Positions 20,699 through 29,951 of a stretch of 64,000 nt of DNA are shown piece by piece; within the stretch, counting starts at the first letter, position 1; each line of letters starts with the position of its first letter. Source of the DNA: Alphaproteobacteria bacterium (GTDB lineage Bacteria > Pseudomonadota > Alphaproteobacteria > CACIAM-22H2). The stretch is from NCBI GenBank assembly GCA_016124335.1, contig WGNX01000009.1, positions 184,034 to 248,033 on the forward strand, in the 5' to 3' direction. The notes beneath the pieces were generated by a model. That model ran no database searches and was not told where the DNA came from. It was given only the letters and a program-made list of their open reading frames with translations. The translations under genes were made by a program, and so were the position numbers.

Positions 20699-21039
20699 CC
20701 GAACAGCCCCCCGACCGCGCGCCAGCCGAACCACACGAGGAAGACCGCGACAGCCGCCGCCGCAAGATCGAGCGCGCCGCCGCGCCAGCCGAACGTCTCG
20801 CGCGCGATCGTGCGCAACCCGAGCGGGGCGTGGATCGAAACCGCAACGACGAAGAGGCCATAAAAGAGGGCCAGTGCCGCAGAGCCGCGCGTACGGCCAA
20901 GGATTTCGGCCGCTGTCAGCCCGCCACGCACCGCGTAAAGGATCGTTGCCAGATGGACGAGCACGCACACGCCGAGCACGGCGGCACTTGCACGCTGCGC
21001 GCCCCAGGCGATCGTCTCGGCGCGCGCGCGGAAATTCAT
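20695..21039 (-). CDS. SDH/FRD second membrane anchor subunit (SdhD-like)
   Basis: AQRASAAVL, HAPLGLRTI; three TM segments; between the Fe-S subunit and the other anchor. Confidence 0.82.
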   Translation of the reverse strand: MNFRARAETIAWGAQRASAAVLGVCVLVHLATILYAVRGGLTAAEILGRTRGSAALALFYGLFVVAVSIHAPLGLRTIARETFGWRGGALDLAAAAVAVFLVWFGWRAVGGLFG

Positions 21040-21749
21040 GCCCCGCCCTTCCAGGCCGCGCGCAGGCTCGCGCGCTTCAGCCCCGCGATCGACGCGGTGG
21101 GATTTAGCGATTTGGGACAGTGCTCGCGGCAGGATTGCTGCGAATGGCACGCATGGCAGCCCGCATCGCCCGCCACGGCCGAAAGCCTTGCTTCCTGCCC
21201 GCCGTCGCGCACGTCGTTGACGAGCGTCCAGGCCCGGTTGAGTGCCGCGGGACCAAGATAGTCGGGGTTCCACGAAACGAGATCGCAGGCCGAATAGCAG
21301 ACCGCACAGCCGATGCACTCGATGCCCGCATCGGCCTGCCGGCGCGCTTCGCTTTCCGGTTCGACGCGCGCGAAATCCGCACCTTCGGCGGCGGAAGGAA
21401 CGAACTTCCCGCCCGCCTTCGCCCACTTGTCGAAGAACGGCGCCATGTCGACCGCGAGATCCTTGATGCGCGGCAGGTTGGCGAGCGGTTCGACCGTCAG
21501 CGGCCCGTCGCCGAGCCTTGCCACGTGCGTGCGGCATGTCCAGCGCGGGCGGCCGTTCACGGTCATCGCACACGAGCCGCACATGCCCACGCGGCACGCG
21601 AATCGGTAGGAAAGCGTGGGGTCGAGCTTGCGCTGGATGAAAGTCACGACGTCGAGCACGGTCTGGCTCTCGCGGCGCGGAACGGAGAAGGTTTCGAACT
21701 TCCCCGCCGCACCGCCGCGCCAGATCCGCGCCTCGATCGTCGCCGACAC
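21036..21749 (-). CDS. SDH/FRD iron-sulfur subunit (SdhB-like paralogue)
   Basis: CRVGMCGSC...C (2Fe-2S), CIGCAVCYSAC and CHSQQSCREHCP cluster motifs; GTG start. Confidence 0.93.
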   Translation of the reverse strand: MSATIEARIWRGGAAGKFETFSVPRRESQTVLDVVTFIQRKLDPTLSYRFACRVGMCGSCAMTVNGRPRWTCRTHVARLGDGPLTVEPLANLPRIKDLAVDMAPFFDKWAKAGGKFVPSAAEGADFARVEPESEARRQADAGIECIGCAVCYSACDLVSWNPDYLGPAALNRAWTLVNDVRDGGQEARLSAVAGDAGCHACHSQQSCREHCPKSLNPTASIAGLKRASLRAAWKGGA

Positions 21750-21757
21750 GCCCTTCC

Positions 21758-22966
21758 TTAAGCGCTCGGATAGAGCTTGGTCATCACGAACTCGCGATGG
21801 CCCAGCGCCTCGGCGCAGGTGTAGCGCCCGTTGCACACGCGGATCATGACGTCGATCAGGCGGTCGCCCGCCTCGTCGAGATCCATCTCGCGGCGCAGGA
21901 TGCCGGAGACGTCGAGATCGATGTGCTCGGGCATCTCGCGCGCCGTCTTCGGGTTCGCCGTGAGCTTGATGACCGGCTCGATCGGGTTGCCGATGACGTT
22001 GCCCTGGCCCGTCGGGAACAGGTGCACGACGAAGCCGGCCGCGGCCTGCAGCGTCACGCACTCGGCCGCCGCCGAGGAGGTGTCCATGAAGTAGAGGCCC
22101 GCACCCTTCTTGGGCAGTTCGGCCGGGCCCAGCACGTCGACATACTTCGTCTTGTGGCCGATCTTCTGGAAATTGCCGAAGGCCTTTTCCTCGATCGTCG
22201 TGAGGCCGCCCGCGATATTGCCCTTGGTCGGCTGGGATTCCGACAGGTCGCTCGTCTTGTGGCGGTTGATCATGTCCTGATAGGCGTTGAAGACGGTCAT
22301 GAACTTGTCGGCGACCTTCTTGTCCATCGCCCGCTTGACCATCTCCTTCTCCGCACCCGTCAGCTCGGAGGTTTCCCCGAAGCAGGTCGTGGCGCCCATC
22401 GGATCGATCTTGTCGATGAGGTTGCCCACCGTGGGGCACGAGGCGAGGCCCGAGGTCGTGTCGGATTCGCCGCACTTGGTCGAAACCCACAGCTCCTCGA
22501 TCGTGCACTGCTCGCGCTGCTTTTCGGTCGCCCACATGACGAACTGCTGGGCGACCCGGCTGGCCTTCTCGATGGTCTTCAGGTCGCCGTTGCCTTCGAT
22601 GGCGAAGCCCTGCACGGGCTTGCCGGTCTTGGCGATGCCTTCCACGACGCGGCCCGTCCAGCCCGGCTCGATGCCGATGACGACGACGGCCGCGACGTTG
22701 GCATTGCAGCCCGTGCCGATCAGCGTGCGGAAATGCAGCGCCAGATCTTCGCCGAACTGCAGCCGCCCGTAAGCGTGCGGCAGGGCGAGCGTGCCCTTGA
22801 TGTTGTTGGCGACCGCCTCGGCCGCCGAATTCGAAAGGTCGTCGAGCGGCAGGATGATGACGTGGTTGCGGATGCCGACGCGCCCGTTTTCGCGGCGATA
22901 GCCCATGAAGGGCAGCTTGCCGACGTTGCGCGAGCGCTTCTTGATGATTGCCGGGGCCTTGGCCAT
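21758..22966 (-). CDS. suyB: (2R)-sulfolactate sulfo-lyase large subunit (UxaA family)
   Basis: [64 protein letters not shown]; split SAF subunit upstream. Confidence 0.88.
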   Translation of the reverse strand: MAKAPAIIKKRSRNVGKLPFMGYRRENGRVGIRNHVIILPLDDLSNSAAEAVANNIKGTLALPHAYGRLQFGEDLALHFRTLIGTGCNANVAAVVVIGIEPGWTGRVVEGIAKTGKPVQGFAIEGNGDLKTIEKASRVAQQFVMWATEKQREQCTIEELWVSTKCGESDTTSGLASCPTVGNLIDKIDPMGATTCFGETSELTGAEKEMVKRAMDKKVADKFMTVFNAYQDMINRHKTSDLSESQPTKGNIAGGLTTIEEKAFGNFQKIGHKTKYVDVLGPAELPKKGAGLYFMDTSSAAAECVTLQAAAGFVVHLFPTGQGNVIGNPIEPVIKLTANPKTAREMPEHIDLDVSGILRREMDLDEAGDRLIDVMIRVCNGRYTCAEALGHREFVMTKLYPSA

Positions 22967-22979
22967 GTGGGTCGCTCCC

Positions 22980-23264
22980 TTACCAGCGCTTCGTTTTCAT
23001 GTTGTGGACGTGCACGTGGTCGCCCTTCTTGGCGTCGGCGACGATCTTGCCGATGTCGTGCCCGTACTTGATGACGGTGTCGCCCTTCTTGAGGTCGACG
23101 AGCGCGATCTTGTGGCCGAGCGGAATCGGCTTCAGCGCCTTGAGGCGCACGGTCCCGTCGCCTTCCATGAGCCAGCCTTCGAGTGCCGCCCCGGCCTTGA
23201 CGTTCTCAACGACAATGACACCGACGGTGTCCTTCTTGTCGTGGACGATGAATTGGGTCGCCAT
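22980..23264 (-). CDS. suyA: (2R)-sulfolactate sulfo-lyase small subunit (SAF domain)
   Basis: [39 protein letters not shown]. Confidence 0.88.
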   Translation of the reverse strand: MATQFIVHDKKDTVGVIVVENVKAGAALEGWLMEGDGTVRLKALKPIPLGHKIALVDLKKGDTVIKYGHDIGKIVADAKKGDHVHVHNMKTKRW

Positions 23265-23305
23265 TTCCCCCTCGCGGTTTCTTTGATGTTGTCGAACGGA
23301 CGCGA

Positions 23306-23334
23306 ACGCTACGCGCGAGGGTGTAGGGCGTCAA
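23306..23334 (-). promoter_or_regulatory. Putative sigma70 promoter of the suyA operon
   Basis: Minus strand reads TTGACG-N17-TAGCGT, ending about 40 nt upstream of suyA. Confidence 0.55.
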
Positions 23335-23345
23335 CATACTCATAT

Positions 23346-23359
23346 GTCTTATATATGAC
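23346..23359. promoter_or_regulatory. Putative GntR/HutC-type operator
   Basis: Near-palindrome GTCTTATATATGAC in the AT-rich divergent gap between suyA and the GntR gene. Confidence 0.55.
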
Positions 23360-23389
23360 TTTGTAACAGGCCATGCTAACGTCGGCGTC

Positions 23390-24112
23390 ATGGAAATGCC
23401 GCGCGCCCAGCCGCTCTACCGCCAGACCAAGGCCGCCTTGATGCGCCGCATGGTCGACGGCCGCTGGCGCGCGGGCGACATGCTGCCCGCCGAACCCGCG
23501 CTCGCCGCCGAGTTCGGCGTGAGCCAGGGCACCGTGCGCCGCGCGCTCGACGAGCTTGCCCAGATCAATCTCGTCGTGCGCCGGCAGGGCAAGGGCACGT
23601 TCGTGGCCGAGCACACGCGCGAACGCGCGCTGTTCCATTTCTTCCATCTTGTCGGCGACGACGGCAAGCGTGCACTCCCCGGCAGCCGGATGCTGTCGAT
23701 GAAGGCCGGGGCGGCGACGCGCGAGGAATCGCGCCGGCTGAAGCTTGCGGCCGGCACGCGCGTGGTGCGGCTGCACAGGCTGCGCATGCTCGACGGGCGC
23801 GCGGCGATCGTCGAGCGCATCGTGCTGCCCGCCTCGCTCTATGACGGGTTCGAGCGGCTGGACCGCGCGAGCCTGCCGAACGAGCTTTACAAGCTCTACC
23901 AGGAGCGCTGGGGCGTCACGGTCGCGCGTGCGGCCGAGAAGCTCAAATCGGCGCTGGCCGGGCCGGAGGACGCGGCCCATCTGGGCCTGCGCAGCGGCGC
24001 GCCGGTGCTGGAGATCGACCGCATCGCCTATGCGCTTGACGGCAATCCGTGCGAGTGGCGCGTGTCGCGCTGCGATACCTCGGCGCACCACTATGTCTCG
24101 GAAGTGGTCTAG
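23390..24112 (+). CDS. GntR family regulator, HutC/UTRA subfamily
   Basis: PLYRQ, LPAEPALAAEFGVSQGTVRRAL, RRQGKGTFV; UTRA-like C-terminus. Confidence 0.95.
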   Translation: MEMPRAQPLYRQTKAALMRRMVDGRWRAGDMLPAEPALAAEFGVSQGTVRRALDELAQINLVVRRQGKGTFVAEHTRERALFHFFHLVGDDGKRALPGSRMLSMKAGAATREESRRLKLAAGTRVVRLHRLRMLDGRAAIVERIVLPASLYDGFERLDRASLPNELYKLYQERWGVTVARAAEKLKSALAGPEDAAHLGLRSGAPVLEIDRIAYALDGNPCEWRVSRCDTSAHHYVSEVV

Positions 24113-24123
24113 GATCGGGGCCG

Positions 24124-25257
24124 ATGGCGAGTCCGGAAGACATACGTAACGGCCTGCGCGAGCTGGATTCAGCACTGCACGCCTGCTGGAAGCTGGGCCA
24201 GCACATGGTCGCCGGCTGGATGCACGAGGGCAACTCGGTCTCGATCTGCGCCGCACCGGTCTGGCGCGTGCTGGCCGAGGCGCCCAATACGCCGCGCATC
24301 CTGTCGGGCGGGCGCATGATGGGCGCGCAGACCTTCGGCGAGGTGTGCAAGGCGCTGCAGGCGCGGCCCATCAAGGTCGAACTTCCCTTCGCCGTGGGCG
24401 AGAACAAGGGCGAGGTCGATCCGCAGGTGATCGACCAGGTCGTGCGCCGCTACGGCGTATCGCGCACCGAGCACCGCGCGGTGATGCTGTTCGACATCGT
24501 GGGCTTCTCGAAGGTCGATCCGCTTGCCCAGATGGCGCAGCTCGCCTCGCTCGAATTCTCGATCAACAACGCCGCCAAGAAGATGGCCGAGGCCGGGCTC
24601 GATGTGGAACTCGCGCGCTCGACCGTGGGCGACGGCTTCTATGTGTGGAACCGCGCGCGCGGCTTCGAGGCGGATCTGCGCACCTATGCCGCACTGGTGC
24701 TGATGCTTGCCGACAACGCGGTCGCGCGCGCGCGCGGCGAGGCGCGCTTCGTGCCCACGCTGCGCACCTGCTTTTCGATCGGCAGCCATTACGCCTATCA
24801 CCAGATCGAAGGGACGCGGCCGCGCGGCTTCGAATATCTCGTGGGCGAGGTGACGATCCAGCTTGCCCGCCTCATCGGCAAGGCGCTGGCCCATCAGGTT
24901 TGCATCGGCAGTTTCGTGCGCCCGACCGAACCGCCGGTCGTGCGCAACCTCGACACGATCCTGTTTCTGGCGCGCGCGGAAAAGCTGCTCGAGAAGATCC
25001 AGGGCCTGTCGATCGGCGGCTACGCGATCAGCCGCGTGCGCAGCCAGATCACCGGCGGCAAGATCGGCGAGGCGACGCTGCCCGTCGTCATGCACCGCAT
25101 CGTCGACAAGCACGGCTACAACCACGATCTGTTCAACGCGCGCGTGCTCGTGCAGCGCGACGAGACCGATCCGATCGTGGTGGGGCTGAAGCCGGACGAG
25201 CTTGGCGAGTTCGACGCCAAGCCGCTTGCCTACAAGCTGCCGGACCCGACGGCCTGA
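24124..25257 (+). CDS. Hypothetical protein with class III nucleotidyl cyclase-like domain
   Basis: AVMLFDIVGFSK and STVGDGFYV motifs; GEVTIQLARL. Confidence 0.65.
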   Translation: MASPEDIRNGLRELDSALHACWKLGQHMVAGWMHEGNSVSICAAPVWRVLAEAPNTPRILSGGRMMGAQTFGEVCKALQARPIKVELPFAVGENKGEVDPQVIDQVVRRYGVSRTEHRAVMLFDIVGFSKVDPLAQMAQLASLEFSINNAAKKMAEAGLDVELARSTVGDGFYVWNRARGFEADLRTYAALVLMLADNAVARARGEARFVPTLRTCFSIGSHYAYHQIEGTRPRGFEYLVGEVTIQLARLIGKALAHQVCIGSFVRPTEPPVVRNLDTILFLARAEKLLEKIQGLSIGGYAISRVRSQITGGKIGEATLPVVMHRIVDKHGYNHDLFNARVLVQRDETDPIVVGLKPDELGEFDAKPLAYKLPDPTA

Positions 25258-25263
25258 CGGTTC

Positions 25264-26532
25264 TTATTTGATGCCGAGCCGTGCCTTGAGGCGCGGGTCG
25301 AGCACCGCATCGGCAAGCTCGAGGCCGTTCAACTCCTCGTCCACCGTCACGTCGCGCAAATCGATGCCTGATATCGACGCGCCCGCGAACTTGGCGCCGC
25401 GGATGTCGGCCGCGCGCAGGATCGCCTTGTCGAGCCTGGCCGGGAACGAGCGCCCGGCGGCCAGCGGCAACGGCGAGAAGTCGCAGTCGCGCAGGTCCGC
25501 GCGCGTGAGCTTGGCGCCGACGAGATTGACCCCGCGCATGTCGGCACCCGCGAACTTGCAGTCGCGCAGGTCGGCGCCGGCAAGGCGCGCGCCCTGCAAC
25601 TGGCAGCCGCGCAGGTCGAGACCCACGAGCATGGCGCCTTCCGCGCGCAGCCCCACCAGAAGCTGGCCCTTGAGCGGCGGCAGCGAGCGGCAGTCGTAAC
25701 CCGAAAGGTCGGCGACCTTGCCCTCGGCCCCGCCGGTCTTCGCCCACAGCGAATGCAGGCGCAGCAGTTCGTCGGCCGGCATGCCCTGGTCGGACAGCGG
25801 CTTGCCCGCGAGATTGTCGTTCACGACATCGACGAGCGAGGCGCCGTCGAGCACGGCATTCGCCATCTTCGTGCCGGTCATCACCGCGCCGTCGAGCGAT
25901 GCGCCCGAGCAGTTCGCACCGGAAAGATCGGCCCCTGCGAGATTGGCGCCGACGAGCTGGGCCTTCTGCAGGTTGGCGCGCGCGAGCTTGCAGTCGCGCA
26001 TGATCGCATCGGTGAAATCGGCCTGGCCGGCGAGCATGCCGTCCATCACGGCTTCGGAAAGGTTGGCGGCGGCAAGCTTGGCGCCCTGCAGTTCGGTCGC
26101 CCCCACCTCGCCCAGCCGCAGGGCGTGCAGGTTGCCGGCCTTGTCCTTCTGCGTGATCGAGCCTTCACGCAGATCGGCCTGGATCAGGTTGGCGCGCGTG
26201 AGGTTGGCGCCACGCAGGCACGCCCCGCGCAGGTCGGCGCGCACGAGGCTTGCCCCTTCGAGATCGGCCTCGCGGAAGTCGCAGGCGAACAGCGCCGCCC
26301 GGTCGAAAACGCAGTCCGACAGCATCGCGCCCCGGAACGAGGCGCCCGTGCAGTCCGCTTCGGTCAGGTTGGCGCCGGCCATCGCCATGCCGCCCAGATC
26401 GGCAAAAGCCAGCATCGCGCGAACCCCGCCGGGCTTGCCGGTGCGGTAGCGCTCGTGCAACGCGATCACGTTGGCAAGCTCGGAATGCGAGTACTTCTTG
26501 CGCGCGATCTTGGAATTCTGGGTCGACAGCAT
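25264..26532 (-). CDS. Pentapeptide repeat protein
   Basis: Many A(D/N)Lxx repeats in two blocks. Start re-picked at MLSTQNS. Confidence 0.92.
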   Translation of the reverse strand: MLSTQNSKIARKKYSHSELANVIALHERYRTGKPGGVRAMLAFADLGGMAMAGANLTEADCTGASFRGAMLSDCVFDRAALFACDFREADLEGASLVRADLRGACLRGANLTRANLIQADLREGSITQKDKAGNLHALRLGEVGATELQGAKLAAANLSEAVMDGMLAGQADFTDAIMRDCKLARANLQKAQLVGANLAGADLSGANCSGASLDGAVMTGTKMANAVLDGASLVDVVNDNLAGKPLSDQGMPADELLRLHSLWAKTGGAEGKVADLSGYDCRSLPPLKGQLLVGLRAEGAMLVGLDLRGCQLQGARLAGADLRDCKFAGADMRGVNLVGAKLTRADLRDCDFSPLPLAAGRSFPARLDKAILRAADIRGAKFAGASISGIDLRDVTVDEELNGLELADAVLDPRLKARLGIK

Positions 26533-26640
26533 GGGCCCCGTCTCAACCGCTGCGGTACGATTGCCCGACTCCCGTTTGGAAATCAAGGCGTTACCGCGCG
26601 ACTGCGTCGCGATAGAATGTAGTCCAAACCGTCCGCCCCG

Positions 26641-27390
26641 ATGGAGATGGCCATGTTGACCCGCCGCGCCCTGACCCTTGCCGCACTTGCCTTTCCCGCC
26701 ACCGCGGGCGCGCAAAGCCTTTTCGACCAAGGGCGTAACCTGCTCAACCAAGGCGGCATTTCGCTTCCCGGTGCTGCGCGCGGCACAGGCCTTTCGCTCG
26801 CCGACATCACGCAAGGCCTCAAGGACGCGCTCGCCAAGGGCAGCCAGGCCACGCTCGCCCGTCTCGGCAAGGCCGACGGCTTCCTCTCCGATCAGGCGGT
26901 CCATATCCCGCTTCCCGACCAGCTGCGGCAGGTCCAGTCGGCGCTGAAGCTGGTGGGGGCGGCCGGTCTGGCGGACGATCTTGAAACCCGCATGAACCAC
27001 GCAGCCGAGCAGGCCGTGCCGAAAGCCAAGGACATCTTCCTGGGGGCGATCCGCAACATGTCGGTTTCCGACGCCAAGGGCATCCTCGACGGCCCGACCG
27101 ACGCGGCAACCCAGTATCTGCGCCGCACGACCGGCACGCAGATCGGCGCGCAGATCCGCCCGCTCATCGAAACGGCACTCCAGCAGGCCGGTGCCGTGAA
27201 TGCCTATGACCGGATGCTGGGCCGCTACGCGCAGATCCCCGGCATGCCCGACGCGAAGGCCAGCATTGTCGACTGGACGCGCGACAAGGGTCTCGACGGC
27301 ATCTTCCATTATATCGCGCAGGAGGAAGCCGACATCCGCGCCAACCCCGCCGCGCGCACGACCGAACTCCTGAAAAAAGTATTCGGCTGA
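26641..27390 (+). CDS. DUF4197 family exported protein
   Basis: TRR leader, GLKDAL, MNHAAEQA, AATQYLRRTT, IAQEEADIRANPAARTTELLKKVFG; the real start may be a few codons downstream. Confidence 0.88.
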   Translation: MEMAMLTRRALTLAALAFPATAGAQSLFDQGRNLLNQGGISLPGAARGTGLSLADITQGLKDALAKGSQATLARLGKADGFLSDQAVHIPLPDQLRQVQSALKLVGAAGLADDLETRMNHAAEQAVPKAKDIFLGAIRNMSVSDAKGILDGPTDAATQYLRRTTGTQIGAQIRPLIETALQQAGAVNAYDRMLGRYAQIPGMPDAKASIVDWTRDKGLDGIFHYIAQEEADIRANPAARTTELLKKVFG

Positions 27391-27451
27391 CCTCTACATA
27401 GTTATTCTCCGCCGCTCCGCCCTTTCCGCTCTCACGAAGGTTGCCCCGACA

Positions 27452-29326
27452 ATGGCCCCGCCCGTCCCCTCCACGTTCACGACCCGCCCCGAAATCGCCG
27501 GCACGTTCGGCGTCGTCTCGTCCACGCACTGGATCGCCAGCCAGGTCGGCATGAGCGTGCTCGAGAAAGGCGGCAACGCGTTCGACGCGGCCGTCGCGGC
27601 AGGGCTGACGCTGCAGGTGGTCGAGCCGCACATGAACGGGCTTGGCGGCGATGCGGTGATCATCGCCTGCACGGCCGACGGGAGCCCCAAGGTGATCTGC
27701 GGGCAGGGCGTGGCGCCCGCGAAGGCGACCATCGCGCACTACCGTGCGGAAGGCATCGAGACGATCCCGGGCACGGGCCTGCTCGCCGCGGTGGTGCCGG
27801 GCGCCTTCGACGCGTGGATGACGATGCTGCGCGACTACGGCACGATGACGCTGGCCGAAGTGATGTCGCCGGCCATCGGCTATGCGCGCGACGGCTATCC
27901 GCTGCTGCCGGGCGTGTGCGGCGCCGTTCAGTCGGTCAGCGAGATCTTCAAGACCGAGTGGAAAAGCTCGGCCGCCACCTGGATGCCGGGCGGCAACGTG
28001 CCCACGGCGGGAACACTCTTCACCAACCCGAAGCTTGCCGACACGCTCCAGCGCCTGCTGGGCGAAGGTACCTCCGCCGGCCCCGACCGCGAGGCGCAGA
28101 TCGAGAAGGCGCGCAACGCCTACTACAAGGGCTTCGTCGCCGAGGCGATCGACAGGTTCTGCCGCGAGAACGAGATCATGGACGTTTCGGGCAAGCGCCA
28201 TCGCGGCGTACTGTCGGCCGACGACATGGCCGAGTGGCGGGCCCCCGTCGAAGACCCCGCGACCTACGACTATCGCGGCATCACCGTGTGCAAGGCGGGG
28301 CCGTGGAGCCAGGGGCCGGTGCTGCTGCAGGTGCTGGCCCTGCTGCAGGGCTACGACGTTCCCTCGATGGACACGACGGGGCCTGAATTCATCCACCTGC
28401 TGATCGAGGCGACGAAGATCGCCTATGCCGACCGCGAAGCCTGGTACGCCGACCCGAACTTCACCGACGTGCCGCTGAAGACGATGCTGTCGGAGAAATA
28501 CAACGTCGAGCGCCGCAAGCTGATCGGCGATACCGCGAATTTCGAGCTGCGCCCCGGCACGCCCGACGGGCGCAACCCCGCGCTGCCGAAGTTCAACGTG
28601 GCCGGCGTCAAGAAGATGATCCCGGGCATGGGCGGCTTCGGCGAGCCCGCGCGCGTGGAAAGCGACGCGATGGCGACCGAACGCTACCGCGATGGCGGCG
28701 CTTCGGCGATGGCACGCGCGGGCCGTGCCGCGCAGGGCCCGGCCGAAGGCGACACCTGCCATCTCGATGTCATCGACCGCTGGGGCAATGCGGTCGCCTG
28801 CACGCCTTCGGGCGGCTGGCTGCAAAGCTCGCCGACCGTTCCCGATCTCGGATTCTGTCTGGGCACGCGCGGCCAGATGTTCTGGCTGCAGGACGGCCTC
28901 CCATCGAGCCTGACGCCCAAGATGCGCCCGCGCACGACGCTCACGCCCTCGATGGCGATGAAGGACGGCAAGCCGTGGATGGCCTTCGGCTCGCCCGGCG
29001 GCGACAACCAGGACCAGTGGATCGCGCAGTTCTTCCTTCGCCATGTCGACCACAAGCTCAACATGCAGGCCGCGATGGACGCGCCCATGCTGCAGACCGA
29101 CCATTGGCCCAACTCGTTCTTCCCGCGCGAGGCGCGGCCCGGCAAGGTGCAGCTCGAGGCACGCTTCCCCAAGGAAACGATCGAGGCGCTCAAGGCCAAG
29201 GGCCACGAGATCGAGATCGGCGGCGAATGGTCGCTGGGCCGCAACGCGGCGGCCAAGCGCGAAGGCAAGCTGATGAAGGCGGCCGCCACGCCGCGCCTGC
29301 AGCAGGCCTACGCGGTCGGCCGCTGA
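27452..29326 (+). CDS. Gamma-glutamyltransferase family protein
   Basis: GGNAFDAAVA, VVEPHMNGLGGD, GDTCHLDVIDRWGN (Thr nucleophile), RPRTTLTP, GSPGGD. Confidence 0.93.
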   Translation: MAPPVPSTFTTRPEIAGTFGVVSSTHWIASQVGMSVLEKGGNAFDAAVAAGLTLQVVEPHMNGLGGDAVIIACTADGSPKVICGQGVAPAKATIAHYRAEGIETIPGTGLLAAVVPGAFDAWMTMLRDYGTMTLAEVMSPAIGYARDGYPLLPGVCGAVQSVSEIFKTEWKSSAATWMPGGNVPTAGTLFTNPKLADTLQRLLGEGTSAGPDREAQIEKARNAYYKGFVAEAIDRFCRENEIMDVSGKRHRGVLSADDMAEWRAPVEDPATYDYRGITVCKAGPWSQGPVLLQVLALLQGYDVPSMDTTGPEFIHLLIEATKIAYADREAWYADPNFTDVPLKTMLSEKYNVERRKLIGDTANFELRPGTPDGRNPALPKFNVAGVKKMIPGMGGFGEPARVESDAMATERYRDGGASAMARAGRAAQGPAEGDTCHLDVIDRWGNAVACTPSGGWLQSSPTVPDLGFCLGTRGQMFWLQDGLPSSLTPKMRPRTTLTPSMAMKDGKPWMAFGSPGGDNQDQWIAQFFLRHVDHKLNMQAAMDAPMLQTDHWPNSFFPREARPGKVQLEARFPKETIEALKAKGHEIEIGGEWSLGRNAAAKREGKLMKAAATPRLQQAYAVGR

Positions 29327-29330
29327 CGCG

Positions 29331-29945
29331 TTGGAGGGCCACACCGCACAGATCCTGGCCCTTGCCTCCGCACTCGCGTGGGCAAGCGGGATCAATGTCT
29401 ACGCGGCAATCCTCGTCCTCGGCATCCTGAAGCTCACAGGCCTCGTCGCGCTGCCGCACGAGCTGGATACGCTCGCCACGATGCCGGTGATCGCGACGGC
29501 CGCCGTGCTGTTCGCCGGCCAGTTCATCGCCGACAAGATCCCCGGCGTCGATACGCTGTGGGACTCGGTCCACACCTTCATCCGCGTGCCGGCCGGCGCG
29601 TTCCTTGCCGCCGCCACGTTGGGCGATGCCGACGCGGCCCTGAAGGTGGCGGCCGCACTTGCGGGCGGAGCCCTCAGCCTCGGCACGCACGCGACCAAGG
29701 CGGGCGGACGGCTGTTCGTCAATTCGCACATCCCGATCATCGGCACGATCGCCGCCTCGTTGGGCGAAGACGTGCTCGCCATCGGCGGACTGTTCCTCGC
29801 CGCCACGCACCCGGCGGCATTCCTCGGCCTGCTGGTGCTCGCCATCGTCGCGATGGCCGTGCTGCTGTGGTGGCTCGCGAAATTCGTCGCCTTCGCCGCA
29901 CGAAAGGTGGCGGGGCTGTTTGGAACGCACGCGGCCGCTAAGTGA
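29331..29945 (+). CDS. DUF4126 family membrane protein
   Basis: WASGINVY, ADKIPGVDTLWDSVHTFIRVPAGA, SLGED. Confidence 0.88.
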   Translation: MEGHTAQILALASALAWASGINVYAAILVLGILKLTGLVALPHELDTLATMPVIATAAVLFAGQFIADKIPGVDTLWDSVHTFIRVPAGAFLAAATLGDADAALKVAAALAGGALSLGTHATKAGGRLFVNSHIPIIGTIAASLGEDVLAIGGLFLAATHPAAFLGLLVLAIVAMAVLLWWLAKFVAFAARKVAGLFGTHAAAK

Positions 29946-29951
29946 AGAATC

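Noticed and set aside
20351-21749. Calling these genes the housekeeping sdhCDAB
   Set aside because: Gene order is different, the flavoprotein is displaced and lacks the FAD-linked His, and the context is a catabolic operon.
21758-23264. Altronate or galactarate dehydratase
   Set aside because: The split subunits, SuyB-type motifs and linkage to comC, slcC and tauE favour sulfolactate sulfo-lyase.
25264-26532. Periodic DNA repeats resembling an array
   Set aside because: Explained by pentapeptide-repeat coding; there is no repeat-spacer structure and no cas gene.
24124-26532. Cyclase-like gene plus pentapeptide gene as a Pycsar/CBASS-type defence pair
   Set aside because: The genes are convergent rather than operonic, have host-like composition, and no cNMP-binding, TIR or TM effector is present.
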